Assembly (NCBI GenBank): GCA_964016885.1
Contig: OZ024752.1
Coordinates: 24,490,001-24,554,000, forward strand
Reading direction: 5' to 3'
DNA: 64,000 nt
Origin: Eledone cirrhosa
Taxonomy: Eukaryota
Below are positions 42,001 to 52,905 of the stretch, piece after piece. Position numbers and translations under genes: made by a program. The notes under the pieces were generated by a model. It did not search any database, was not told the DNA's origin, and saw only the letters and a program-made list of their open reading frames with translations. Numbering within the stretch: position 1 is the first letter of the stretch; each line of letters opens with the position of its first letter.

Positions 42001-43173
42001 CGTAACTGTCTTTACCCCATTGCAGAAACTAATTAGTTGGAGTGAAAATTTAAGTAAGTTAATTCTTTAAAATTTTTTTTTTTAATTTTCTTGTTTTACG
42101 TCTTTTATATTATTGTTCTGCATCCTCCTGCATTGAACCACCTAGGTACTATGACATAACCTGTGTATTTTCTGGCATTAGCGTACATCTGTTCGCTTAT
42201 GTTAGTAGATATATTAAATTATATATATTTATCTCCAAATCACTGATTTGTCGAGCAAACCTGCCAAATCCACTACTAAATTTTTTAGGGGGTGTTAGTA
42301 GGCGTCTGTCATCTTACCATCCCATTCCTACTGACTAACCACAGTGTCACGTGATTGATTCTTTAGAATTGGCCATTTGACCAGTGGCAGTGAGAATTTT
42401 CAGTGCCTGGAATCCAGTCCTCGATAGCTGTTCCATTTACCGAATTATTATTATTTTTATATGAGTCCCCAGTGTCCGCGCATTTCCTGGAGACTTGGCT
42501 GAGAATAGACCTCCCTGATGACGCACTGAAATTCTCAACAGTTCATTACGTAACTGTCTTTATCCCATTGCAGAAACTAATTAGTTGGAGTGAAAATTTA
42601 AGTAAGTAAGTTAATTCTTTAAAATTTTTTTTTTAAATTTTCTTACTTTACGTCTTTTATATTATTGTTCTGCATCCTCCTGCATTGAACCACCTAGGTA
42701 CTATGACATAACCTGTGTATTTTCTGGCATTAGTGTACATCTGTGCGCTTATGTTAGTAGATATATTAAATTATCTATATTTATCTCCAAATCACTGATT
42801 TGTCGAGCAAACCTGCCAAAACCACTACTAAATTTTTTGGGGGTGTTAGTATGCGTCTGTCATCTTACCATCCCATTCCTACATTCCTACTGACTAGCCT
42901 CAGTGTCACGTGATTGATTCTTTAGAATCGGCCATTTGACCAGTGGCAGTGAGAATGTTCAATGCCTGGAATCCAGTCCTCGATAGCTGTTCCATTTACC
43001 GAATTATTATTATTTTTATATGAGTCCCCAGTGTCCGTGCATTGCCTGGAGACTTGGCTGAGAATAGACCTCTGATGACGCAATGAAATTCTCAACAGTT
43101 CATTACGTAACTGTCTTTATCCCATTGCAGAAACTAATTAGTTGGAGTGAAAATTTAAGTAAGTAAGTTAATT

Positions 43174-43178
<5 letters not shown>
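1..43178 (+). repeat. Tandem array of a ~549 bp HHR-containing unit (78 full + 1 partial copy in window; continues left); retrozyme-like satellite
   Basis: Unit start GTGAGAATTTTCAGTG recurs at 1, 551, 1099 ... 42949 with ~547-562 bp spacing (mirrored by the recurring 71-aa ORFs). Copies differ by scattered SNPs and T/G homopolymer length. The last copy stops at ATTCTTTA (43178) and runs into (TA)n. Confidence 0.99.
1220..1299 (+). ncRNA. Type I hammerhead ribozyme, representative intact copy (one motif per satellite unit; first at 121-200, last at ~43069-43147)
   Basis: Stem I CTCC (1220-23)/GGAG (1296-99); core CTGATGA (1224-30); stem II GCAATG (1232-37)/CATTGC (1275-80) enclosing hairpin ACAGTT/AACTGT; GAAA (1282-85); palindromic stem III A-CTAATTAG-T; predicted cleavage after GUU at 1295. 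Weak points: stem I is only 4 bp and positions 10.1/11.1 are a C.A mismatch. Confidence 0.8.
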
Positions 43179-43234
<56 letters not shown>

Positions 43235-43261
43235 TTATATTTTTATATATATATATATATA

Positions 43262-43306
<45 letters not shown>

Positions 43307-43358
43307 TTATATATATATATATATATATATATGGTTTATATATATATGTATATATATG

Positions 43359-43423
<65 letters not shown>

Positions 43424-43484
43424 ATATATATATATATCTGATATATATATATAGCTGATATATATATATATATACATATATATA

Positions 43485-43523
<39 letters not shown>
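43178..43523. repeat. (TA)n microsatellite, interrupted
   Basis: Long TA dinucleotide runs directly after the satellite end. Confidence 0.97.
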
Positions 43524-43524
<1 letters not shown>

Positions 43525-43564
43525 GATATTAAATAAATGTAAACTATATTTATAAAACCATATT

Positions 43565-43630
43565 TATTTCATTATATATATTTCAGGGATATCATATTAA
43601 AAATATTGTATGCCTTCATCAGACAAAATA
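43565..43630 (-). ncRNA. Type I hammerhead ribozyme (PLE pLTR-type, palindromic stem III)
   Basis: Minus strand reads TATTTTGT-CTGATGA-AGG(25 nt)CCT-GAAA-TATATA-TA-ATGAAATA: 8 bp stem I with two G.U pairs, stem II AGG/CCT, self-complementary stem III, AUA cleavage triplet (between 43573 and 43572). Confidence 0.78.
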
Positions 43631-43701
43631 CAATATAAACAGTCTTATAAATATCTATTTATAAGACTGTTTATATTGTATTTTGTCTGATGAAGGCATA
43701 C
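43608..43701. repeat. Perfect inverted repeat, 46 bp arms with 2 nt spacer
   Basis: 43608-43653 is the reverse complement of 43656-43701; the right arm has CTGATGA on + but lacks the GAAA half. Confidence 0.95.
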
Positions 43702-43715
43702 CATATTTGTTTGGG

Positions 43716-44112
43716 AACAGACCTGTAATTTTGAATTGTTGTTATTATCAATAAATATATTTCATTATTTCTGAAGACGGCATATGTATGTGTTGGTATG
43801 TATATTATATTTGATAGTTTGTATAATTTTGTATAATTTTGTACATAGATCTGTTGTATATGCATGCCAATTCTAACACATATATGTCCTAGAAACGATC
43901 GTTAAATAATGAACTTTTTTTGTTTAATATAAGGAACTGTTTCATTGTTTTATTCATTATTTTTTTTATACTTTATCTTGACTCTGTATTCCGTTTATCT
44001 TTCACCGAAAGTGATTTTGAATGCATCTCTTCTTTCCATGATATCCGGATTACATTGAGTTCTTCATACGGATTGGACACTACCGTAAACTCTTGGTAGA
44101 TTTATCTACATA
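43716..44112 (+). repeat. 5' pseudo-LTR (direct repeat copy 1)
   Basis: Matches 48868-49264 at a constant offset of 5152, with about 6 differences counted by eye. Confidence 0.93.
43761..43913 (+). ncRNA. Type I hammerhead ribozyme in 5' pLTR with very long stem II
   Basis: Stem I TTCATTATTT/AAATAATGAA (10 bp perfect); CTGAAGA (43771-77); 114 nt stem II region (TATGTGTTGG pairing with CTAACACATA); GAAA (43892-95); palindromic stem III A-CGATCG-T; GUU cleavage after 43903. Confidence 0.85.
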
Positions 44113-44261
44113 ATTTGCTCCTATTTTCACGGAAATATTCGTATTTTTGTACTGTATGTGTGTGTTAATTTTATATTTATGTATATACATATATATGTAT
44201 GATTTTATAACCCCATATACATTTAGTTGAGCTCCTTCTATTGTCCATTATCCATATCACA

Positions 44262-46436
44262 ATGGAAAAACAATACTTGGGAACCTCTTTAAAGAATATA
44301 CCAATTGGACCTAAAAAAGTCTAAAAAAATCCATGTCCACTCGGACAAACCTGGAAACTTGTATCACATGGATATTGAAGATTATAATGAGTTCATATAT
44401 AAAGAACTCAGGAAAAATTATAAAAAATCTAATAATGCGTCACTCACCAACATCAACAACAAAACACACAACATAGTAAAAAAACTAAACATTGAAGATA
44501 GAACTGAACCTTTGGCATTGAAAAGACCACACTTCAACCTGAAGGATCATAAATCAAACTTTAACTCAAATCCTTCTATAAGACTTATATGTCCCTCCAA
44601 ATCTGATATTGGAATAATTAGCAAAAAAATTTTGGATAGAGTCATCCCACAAATAAGAAAACATGTTAATTTACCACTCTGGGAAAACACTTCCCAGGTA
44701 ATTAACTGGTTTAAAAATATTAGATGTAAATCTTCTGCTTCATTTCTACAATTTGATATAGATAATTACTATTCTTCTATATCACCTATACTCCTGAACA
44801 AAGCTTTGATATTTGCTAAAAATAGATCTAACTTAACTTTGGATGACATTAAAATTATTACACATGCTAGACTAACACTTATTGAATTTCAGAATGAATA
44901 CTGGACCAGAAACACATATAGTAATCTATTTGATATTACTATGGGTTCAAGCGATTCTGCCCAAATTACTGATCTTGTGGGCCTCTTTCTTCTTTTCAAC
45001 ATAAATGCTTCCTTTCCCCACCTTAAAGGTGGTTTATATCGTGATGACTGTCTTCTTCTTTCCAACAACCTTAGGCTCTCAGAAATAGTAAAAAACAAAA
45101 AGCTTATTAGAACTTTCCTTAAAGACTATTATAGTCTTCATATTACTTTTGAAAACACAAGTAAAGTAGTTAATTTCCTAGATATAACTTTAGACTTAGC
45201 TACGGGTATCTACCAACCTTACCATAAACTCAACCAAAACTTACACTACATACACTCACAATCTAATCACCCTAAATCTATCCTTAAAAACCTTGCATAT
45301 AATATATCACTTAGAATTTCTAACCTTTCGTCTAACCAAGATGTATTTGATAAAAATGCAACCTTCTATAACGAAGCTCTAGATAGAAGTGGCCACAAAA
45401 ATAGATTAGAATATATACCTTCTACTATAAATACTATAAACATACAACCTAATATTACCAACAAACACCAAATGAAAAGTACACACCTAAATGCCACCCA
45501 CACTATACCCCAAAATACCAACAACTCCTCTAATATAAAGTATAGTAACTCTCAAAAAACTACTCATCATACAACTCTAATAAATGTTAATAATAAAACT
45601 CCTAATAAACAAGATAAAACACCTAAATCAATAAATCTAACTAAAAATGTGCGTGGTGATGTCATTAACATTAATCCTCCTAGTAAACATCACGATACAA
45701 CCTATAAAAATAATAAACAACATAGCAACCGTAATAGACGAGTTACTTGGTATAATGCTCCATTTAATTTACAAATTAAGGATAATATTGCTAAAAAAAT
45801 TTATTATATCCTAGAGAAAAACTTCCCGCCAAACCACAAATACCATCAAATCTTAAATAGGTTAACAGTTAAATTCTCATACTCAACAACCAAAAACATA
45901 AAACAAAATATAAGTGCCTATAATGCATATAAATGTAAAAATACCATAAGTATACCACCAATACATCAAACTAACCATAATATCTCCTCAAATACAGAAT
46001 TAACGAAAGCTTGTAACTGTAGAAACAAAGCAAACTGCCCATTAAAAGGAAATTGTCTTGTTAACAACATAGTTTATAAATGTAAAGTTAAAACTAAAGA
46101 TTCTATTTGCTCATATATAGGAGCTACTTCTAACAATTTTAAGGTAAGGTTTAATACCACAAACATATTTTTAAAAATGCCGCACTGGCTAATACAACAT
46201 CTCTAGCAGAAAAAATTAATAGTTATAGAAATAAAAATATAGAATATGATATGACCTGGACTGTACTCAAAAGAGCCACCCCTTATCAAAATAATAGAAA
46301 TGAATGTAGATTATGTTCCCAAGAACTATTTGAAATAATGAAATCTAAGGATATCCTATTAAATAAGCGACAGGAATTAATTATATCGTGTAATCATAAA
46401 CTGAGAAAAACATTTAAATATTATAAACCTAATTAA
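44262..46436 (+). pseudogene. PLE polyprotein (reverse transcriptase, Cys-rich linker, GIY-YIG endonuclease) with a probable N-terminal deletion and one frameshift
   Basis: ATG 44262 gives MEKQYLGTSLKNIPIG, out of frame with ORF 44305-46206. That ORF has RT motifs FDIDNYYSSI, MGSSDSAQITDLVG, LYRDDCL, VNFLDITLDL, SNHP, then CNCR-x4-CPLKGNCL and IVY...YIG. A 1 nt deletion near 46156 restores HKHIFKN...TSLA...MTWTVLKRA...CRLCSQE...LLNKRQELIISCNH, stop at 46436. Confidence 0.93.
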
Positions 46437-47270
46437 TAATATATATTTTAGAAATTAATATATAATTTAATTTAATTAAAATTCTACTACAGATGAGATT
46501 AAAAAATATTGTGTAATCATAAATTGTGAAAAACATTTAAATATTATTAACATAATTAATATATACTTTGTAAATTAATTTATAGATTAATTTTAGTTTA
46601 TTTAACCTTTTATTAAAATTCCTTTACAGATGAAATATAACAAAATATCGTGTAATCAATAACAGAGAAATATTTTTTAAAATTATAAACCTAATTAATG
46701 TACGATTTAGAAATTTATTTATAAATTAATTTTAATTTAGTTAACCTATAATTTTAATTTAATTAGCTTAAAATTAAAATTCTAATACAGATGGATTGCA
46801 GAATATCATGTAATCATAAACTGAGATAAATTTTTAAATATATACCTAATTAATATATTCTTTACAATTAAATATATATATGTATATATATATTAATTTT
46901 AATTTTTGTTAACCTATAATTATATTCTACTATAGATAAAATACAAAATCTGCTTTAATTATTATAAACCTAATTAACATATACTATAGAAATTAATATA
47001 TAATTTTTAATTTAGTTAACCTATAATTTATATTCTACTACCGATGAAATACTTGATTTGGTTTTCCCTATCACTAAATTCATTTCCTAATATTGATACC
47101 ATAATGTTAATATTTTTAATTTAGTTATGCTATAATTAATACTCTACTACTGTTTAACTTCAAAATTCCGCTTCAAATATTATAAACCTAAGTAGTATAC
47201 ACCTTAGAAATCAATATATTAACTATTTTTAATTTAGTTAACCTATAATTAATAGTCTACTTATATTAAA
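46385..47270 (+). repeat. Degenerate ~120-160 bp tandem repeats beginning in the last codons of the PLE ORF
   Basis: ATCGTGTAATCATAAACTGAGA...TTATAAACCTAATTAAT...TTTAATTTAGTTAACCTATAATT...ATTCTACTACAGATGA-like blocks recur at ~46385, 46508, 46647, 46805 and partially at ~46960, 47115, 47180. Confidence 0.8.
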
Positions 47271-47449
47271 ATGCATAATTTTGCCTTCTTTCTTACATTT
47301 CCTAATACTGAAACTACTATGTAAACACATATTATGATCTAAATGCAGATTAATATTCTATGTTCCTTGAAACCTATATTTACTATTTCCCACTAATAAT
47401 TTTAATCCCATCCCCCCCCCTATAATTATTTGTATTTGTAAGCGTGGAT

Positions 47450-47540
47450 ATATGTATGTGTATGTAAGTAGGTATGTATGTTTGGGTGTTTGTATGTGAG
47501 TATAAAAATACATATGTGCGCATGTAAATAAGTGTGTATG

Positions 47541-47577
<37 letters not shown>

Positions 47578-47754
47578 ATGTATATATATGTATATATATG
47601 TATATATATGTGTGTATATATATGTCTATATATATATATGTGTGTATGTATATATGTATGTGTGCGTGTGTATGTGTATATATATTTGTAGAGATGTGTG
47701 TATGTATATATATATATATGTGTGCATAATTGTCTGACTGTGTGTATTTATTTA

Positions 47755-47843
<89 letters not shown>

Positions 47844-48220
47844 ATGTGTGTGTGTGTGTGTGTATATATATTTATGTGTATGTATATATCTATATATATA
47901 TATATATATATATGTATATGTGTGTATGTATATCTCTTTATTTATGTATGTCTGAGTTGTGTGAGCGTGTGGTTGTATGTGTATATACATACATGGATAT
48001 GTGTATGTGTGTGTATATATACGTATATGTATGTGTGTGTGTGTGTATATATATGTGTGTGTATGTGTATATATATATATATGTGTGTATATATGTGTGT
48101 ATATATATATGTTTTGTGAATATATGTATATATATATGTGTGTATGTATGTGTGTCTATGTATTTATATATGTATATGTATGTGTCTCTATATATATATG
48201 TATGTATGTATATATATGTA

Positions 48221-48298
<78 letters not shown>

Positions 48299-48519
48299 TG
48301 TATTTTATGTATGAGTATATATTTTACTTGTTTAGTTTTTTTTAATATATTTCTTTTTATCTCTAAATTTATAGATACATTTTATAAATAGGCAGTTCTC
48401 TGACACCCTTAGTAATTACTGACCCCCTTCACCTACTTCTGCATCTAGATGTAAAAATATATGTGGCAGTGTTTATATGTGCGCCTTAATATCCATATAG
48501 TTATAATAATAATATATAC

Positions 48520-48563
<44 letters not shown>

Positions 48564-48660
48564 TCGTGGATATATGTATGTTTATGTGTATATGCGCGTG
48601 TGTGTGTGAATGTATGTATATGTGTGTATATATGAATGTATATATGTTTATATACGTATG
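47450..48660. repeat. Mixed (TA)n/(TG)n/(TATG)n microsatellite tract within the PLE 3' region
   Basis: Alternating purine-pyrimidine runs; a short unique spacer lies at ~48295-48520. Confidence 0.93.
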
Positions 48661-48867
48661 TGCATTTTATCTGTAGATTATAAACATACAGAGACATTAG
48701 CCCTGAATTTTTGTATTTACATACATTTTTTCGACATGCGTATGCATGTGAACATATATTTTTATGCATATCTGTGAACGAAGTTACTTACATATATACA
48801 CACACCTAACAGTATTTTCTTGATATATTTTTGTGTATTTCATTGGTCAATTTGAACTCTGTTCCCA

Positions 48868-49264
48868 AACAGACCTGTAATTTTGAATTGTTGTTATTAT
48901 CAATAAATATATTTCATTATTTCTGAAGACGGCATATGTATGTGTTGGTATGTGTATTATATTTGATAGTTTGTATAATTTTGTATAATTTTGTACATAG
49001 ATCTGTTGAATATGCATGCCAATTCTAACACATATATGTACTAGAAACGATCGTTAAATAATGAACTTTTTTTATTTAATATAAGGAACTGTTTCATTGT
49101 TTTATTCATTATTTTTTTAATACTTTATCTTGACTCTGTATTCCGTTTATCTTTCACCGAAAGTGATTTTGAATGCATCTCTTCTTTCCATGATATCCGG
49201 ATTACATTGAGTTCTTCATACGGATTGGACACTACCGTAAACTTTTGGTAGATTTATCTACATA
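48868..49264 (+). repeat. 3' pseudo-LTR (direct repeat copy 2)
   Basis: Near-identical to 43716-44112; ends GATTTATCTACATA followed by (TA)n. Confidence 0.93.
48913..49065 (+). ncRNA. Type I hammerhead ribozyme in 3' pLTR
   Basis: Same elements as 43761-43913: TTCATTATTT-CTGAAGA...GAAA-CGATCG-TT-AAATAATGAA. Confidence 0.85.
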
Positions 49265-49361
49265 TATATATATATATATGTTTATATATATATATCTTAT
49301 TTATATATATATATGTTTATATATATATATCTAATATATATATATGTTTATATATATATAT

Positions 49362-49455
<94 letters not shown>

Positions 49456-49576
49456 ATATATATATATATATCTGTTATATATATATTTATATATATCTGA
49501 TATATTTATATATATATATATATATCTGATATATATTTATATATATGTATATATCTGATATATATATATATATCTG

Positions 49577-49608
<32 letters not shown>

Positions 49609-49691
49609 ATCTGATATATATATATATATATATATGTGTGTGTTTATATAGATATATCTTATATATATATATATATGTTTTATATATATAT

Positions 49692-49731
<40 letters not shown>

Positions 49732-49846
49732 ATATATATATATCTGATATATATATATATATATATATATCTGATATATATATATATCTGATATATATAT
49801 ATATATATATATGTTTATATATATATATCTGATATATATATATATA

Positions 49847-49911
<65 letters not shown>

Positions 49912-50263
49912 TATATATATATATCATATATATATATATATATATGTTTATATATATATATCATATATATATATATATATATATGTTTATATATATATCT
50001 TATATATATGTATATCTGATATATATATATATATATTTATATATATATTTCGTTTCTGAATTTGTTTAGCAAGATTCTTTATCTGAAATCGTGTGGTTGA
50101 AACGATATTGTTATACTTTGGGAGGGTCATGTTGCCAATAAGAAACACACGCACCAGTTGCTTTCACTTCAATTTAATTTAATATATATTTATAAATTTA
50201 CAAATTTATAAATTTCTGGTTGGTTGGTTGGTTCCACAACCAGATAGTTGTTTATATATATAT

Positions 50264-50308
50264 AGTCATAGTTCTTTCGTCACACACTCTGTGACCTCTT
50301 CAGTGACT
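50264..50308 (-). ncRNA. Minimal type I hammerhead ribozyme (left arm of palindrome)
   Basis: Exact reverse complement of 50428-50472. Confidence 0.75.
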
Positions 50309-50427
50309 GGGGATTTCTTTCTTCGTTTCTGTGCCTTTCTTTCTTCTATCCTACGCCATTTTGTTTGTCAAACAAAATGGCGTAGGATAGAAGAAAGAAA
50401 GGCACAGAAACGAAGAAAGAAATCCCC

Positions 50428-50472
50428 AGTCACTGAAGAGGTCACAGAGTGTGTGACGAAAGAACTATGACT
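50428..50472 (+). ncRNA. Minimal type I hammerhead ribozyme (right arm of palindrome)
   Basis: AGTCA-CTGAAGA-G-GTCACA(GAGTG)TGTGAC-GAAA-GAAC-TA-TGACT: 5 bp stem I, 6 bp stem II, vestigial stem III, CUA cleavage after 50467. Confidence 0.78.
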
Positions 50473-50561
50473 ATATATATATAAACAACTATCTGGTTGT
50501 GGAACCAACCAACCAACCAGAAATTTATAAATTTGTAAATTTATAAATATATATATATATA

Positions 50562-50631
<70 letters not shown>

Positions 50632-50774
50632 TATATATATATCTGATATATATATATATATATATCTGATATATATATATATATATATCTGATATATATA
50701 TATATATATATATATATCTGATATATATATATATTTGATATATATATATATATATATGTTTATATATATATATA

Positions 50775-50831
<57 letters not shown>

Positions 50832-51279
50832 ATATATGTTTATATATATATATCTTATATATATATATATATGTTTATATATATATCTTATATATATATA
50901 TATATATGTTTATATATATATCTGATATATATATATGTTTATATATATATATCTGATATATATATATATATATCTGATATATATATATGTTTATATATAT
51001 ATATCTGATATATATATATATATCTGATATATATATATGTTTATATATATATATCTGATATATATATATATATATATATGTTTATATATATATATCTGAT
51101 ATATATATATATATATGTTTATATATATATATATATATATATATGTTTATATATATATCTTATATATATATATGTTTATATATATATATCTGATATATAT
51201 ATATATGTTTATATATATATATCTGATATATATATATATATATATGTTTATATATATATATCTGATATATATATATATA

Positions 51280-51315
<36 letters not shown>

Positions 51316-51463
51316 TTATATATATATCTTATATATATATATGTTTATATATATATCTTATATATATTTATATATATATGTATATATATATATATCTGAT
51401 ATATATATATATGTATATATATATATATCTGATAAATATATATATATGTTTATATATATATAT

Positions 51464-51534
<71 letters not shown>

Positions 51535-51827
51535 GATATATATATATATATATCTGATATATATATATATATCTGATATATATATATATATATATATCTG
51601 ATATATATATATATATATATCTGATATATATATATATATATATATATCTGATATATATATATATATATATATATATCATATATATATATCTGATATATAT
51701 ATATATATATCTGATATATATATATATATATATCTTATATATATATATATCTTATATATATATATATCTTATATATATATATATATCTGATATATATATA
51801 TATATCTGATATATATATATATATATA

Positions 51828-51859
<32 letters not shown>

Positions 51860-52033
51860 CTGATATATATATATATATATCTGATATATATATATATATA
51901 TATCTGATATATATATATATATCTGATATATATATATATATATATATATCATATATATATATCTGATATATATATATATATATCTGATATATATATATAT
52001 ATATATATCATATATATATATATATCTTATATA

Positions 52034-52088
<55 letters not shown>

Positions 52089-52104
52089 TATATATATATA
52101 TCTC

Positions 52105-52136
<32 letters not shown>

Positions 52137-52434
52137 ATATATCTCATATATATATATATCTCATATATATATATATATATATATCTGATATATATATATA
52201 TATGTTTATATACATATATCTTATATATATATATATGTTTATATATATATCTTATATATATATATATATGTTTATATATATATATCTGATATATATATAC
52301 ATGTTTATATATATATATCTGATATATATATATATATATCTGATATATATATATGTTTATATATATATATCTGATATATATATATATCTGATATATATAT
52401 ATCTTATATATATATATATGTTTATATATATATA

Positions 52435-52471
<37 letters not shown>

Positions 52472-52844
52472 TATATATATATATCTGATATATATATATA
52501 TATGTTTATATATATATATATATATATATATGTTTATATATATATCTTATATATATATAAGTTTATATATATATATCTGATATATATATATATGTTTATA
52601 TATATATATCTGATATATATATATATATATATGTTTATATATATATATCTGATATATATATATATATCTGATATATATATATATATATATATATATCTTT
52701 ATATATATATCTTATATATATATATGTTTATATATATATCTTATATATATTTATATATATATGTTTATATATATATCTGATATATATATATATGTATATA
52801 TATATATATCTGATAAATATATATATGTTTATATATATATATCT

Positions 52845-52905
<61 letters not shown>

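Larger units (their letters stand above)
43716..49264 (+). mobile_element. Penelope-like retroelement (RT + GIY-YIG endonuclease), pLTR-ORF-3'UTR-pLTR, decayed
   Basis: RT/GIY-YIG reading frame at 44262-46436 flanked by 397 bp HHR-bearing direct repeats; the 3' end abuts (TA)n. Confidence 0.9.
50182..50554. repeat. Near-perfect palindrome, 186 bp arms, 1 nt centre (50368); probable inverted pLTR fragment
   Basis: Checked positions pair symmetrically about TGTTTG-T-CAAACA (paired coordinates sum to 100736); each arm has an HHR. Confidence 0.95.

Noticed and set aside
564-42609. Dozens of 68-101 aa ORFs (MPGIQS...) as a tandem gene family
   Set aside because: They start at GTG rather than ATG in eukaryotic-type DNA, contain no recognisable domain, 13 units carry an in-frame stop (some also a frameshift), and most variants are non-synonymous. 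They are a by-product of the repeat.
1-43178. CRISPR array, or 5S rRNA, snRNA, SL-RNA or tRNA gene cluster
   Set aside because: No unique spacers; no recognisable 5S, U-snRNA, SL or cloverleaf sequence on either strand by eye. An Rfam scan would be needed to exclude these fully.
44889-45098. Antisense ORF within the RT (likewise 63582-63836 and 28032-28223)
   Set aside because: Short shadow ORFs opposite PLE coding sequence or created by a single SNP in one repeat unit.
43716-49264. LTR retrotransposon
   Set aside because: The direct repeats lack TG...CA ends, PBS and PPT; there is no gag, protease or integrase; RT plus GIY-YIG and HHR-bearing repeats indicate a Penelope-like element.
50228-50470. 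80 aa ORF across the palindrome
   Set aside because: Non-ATG start, and it spans the symmetry axis of an inverted duplication; coincidental.
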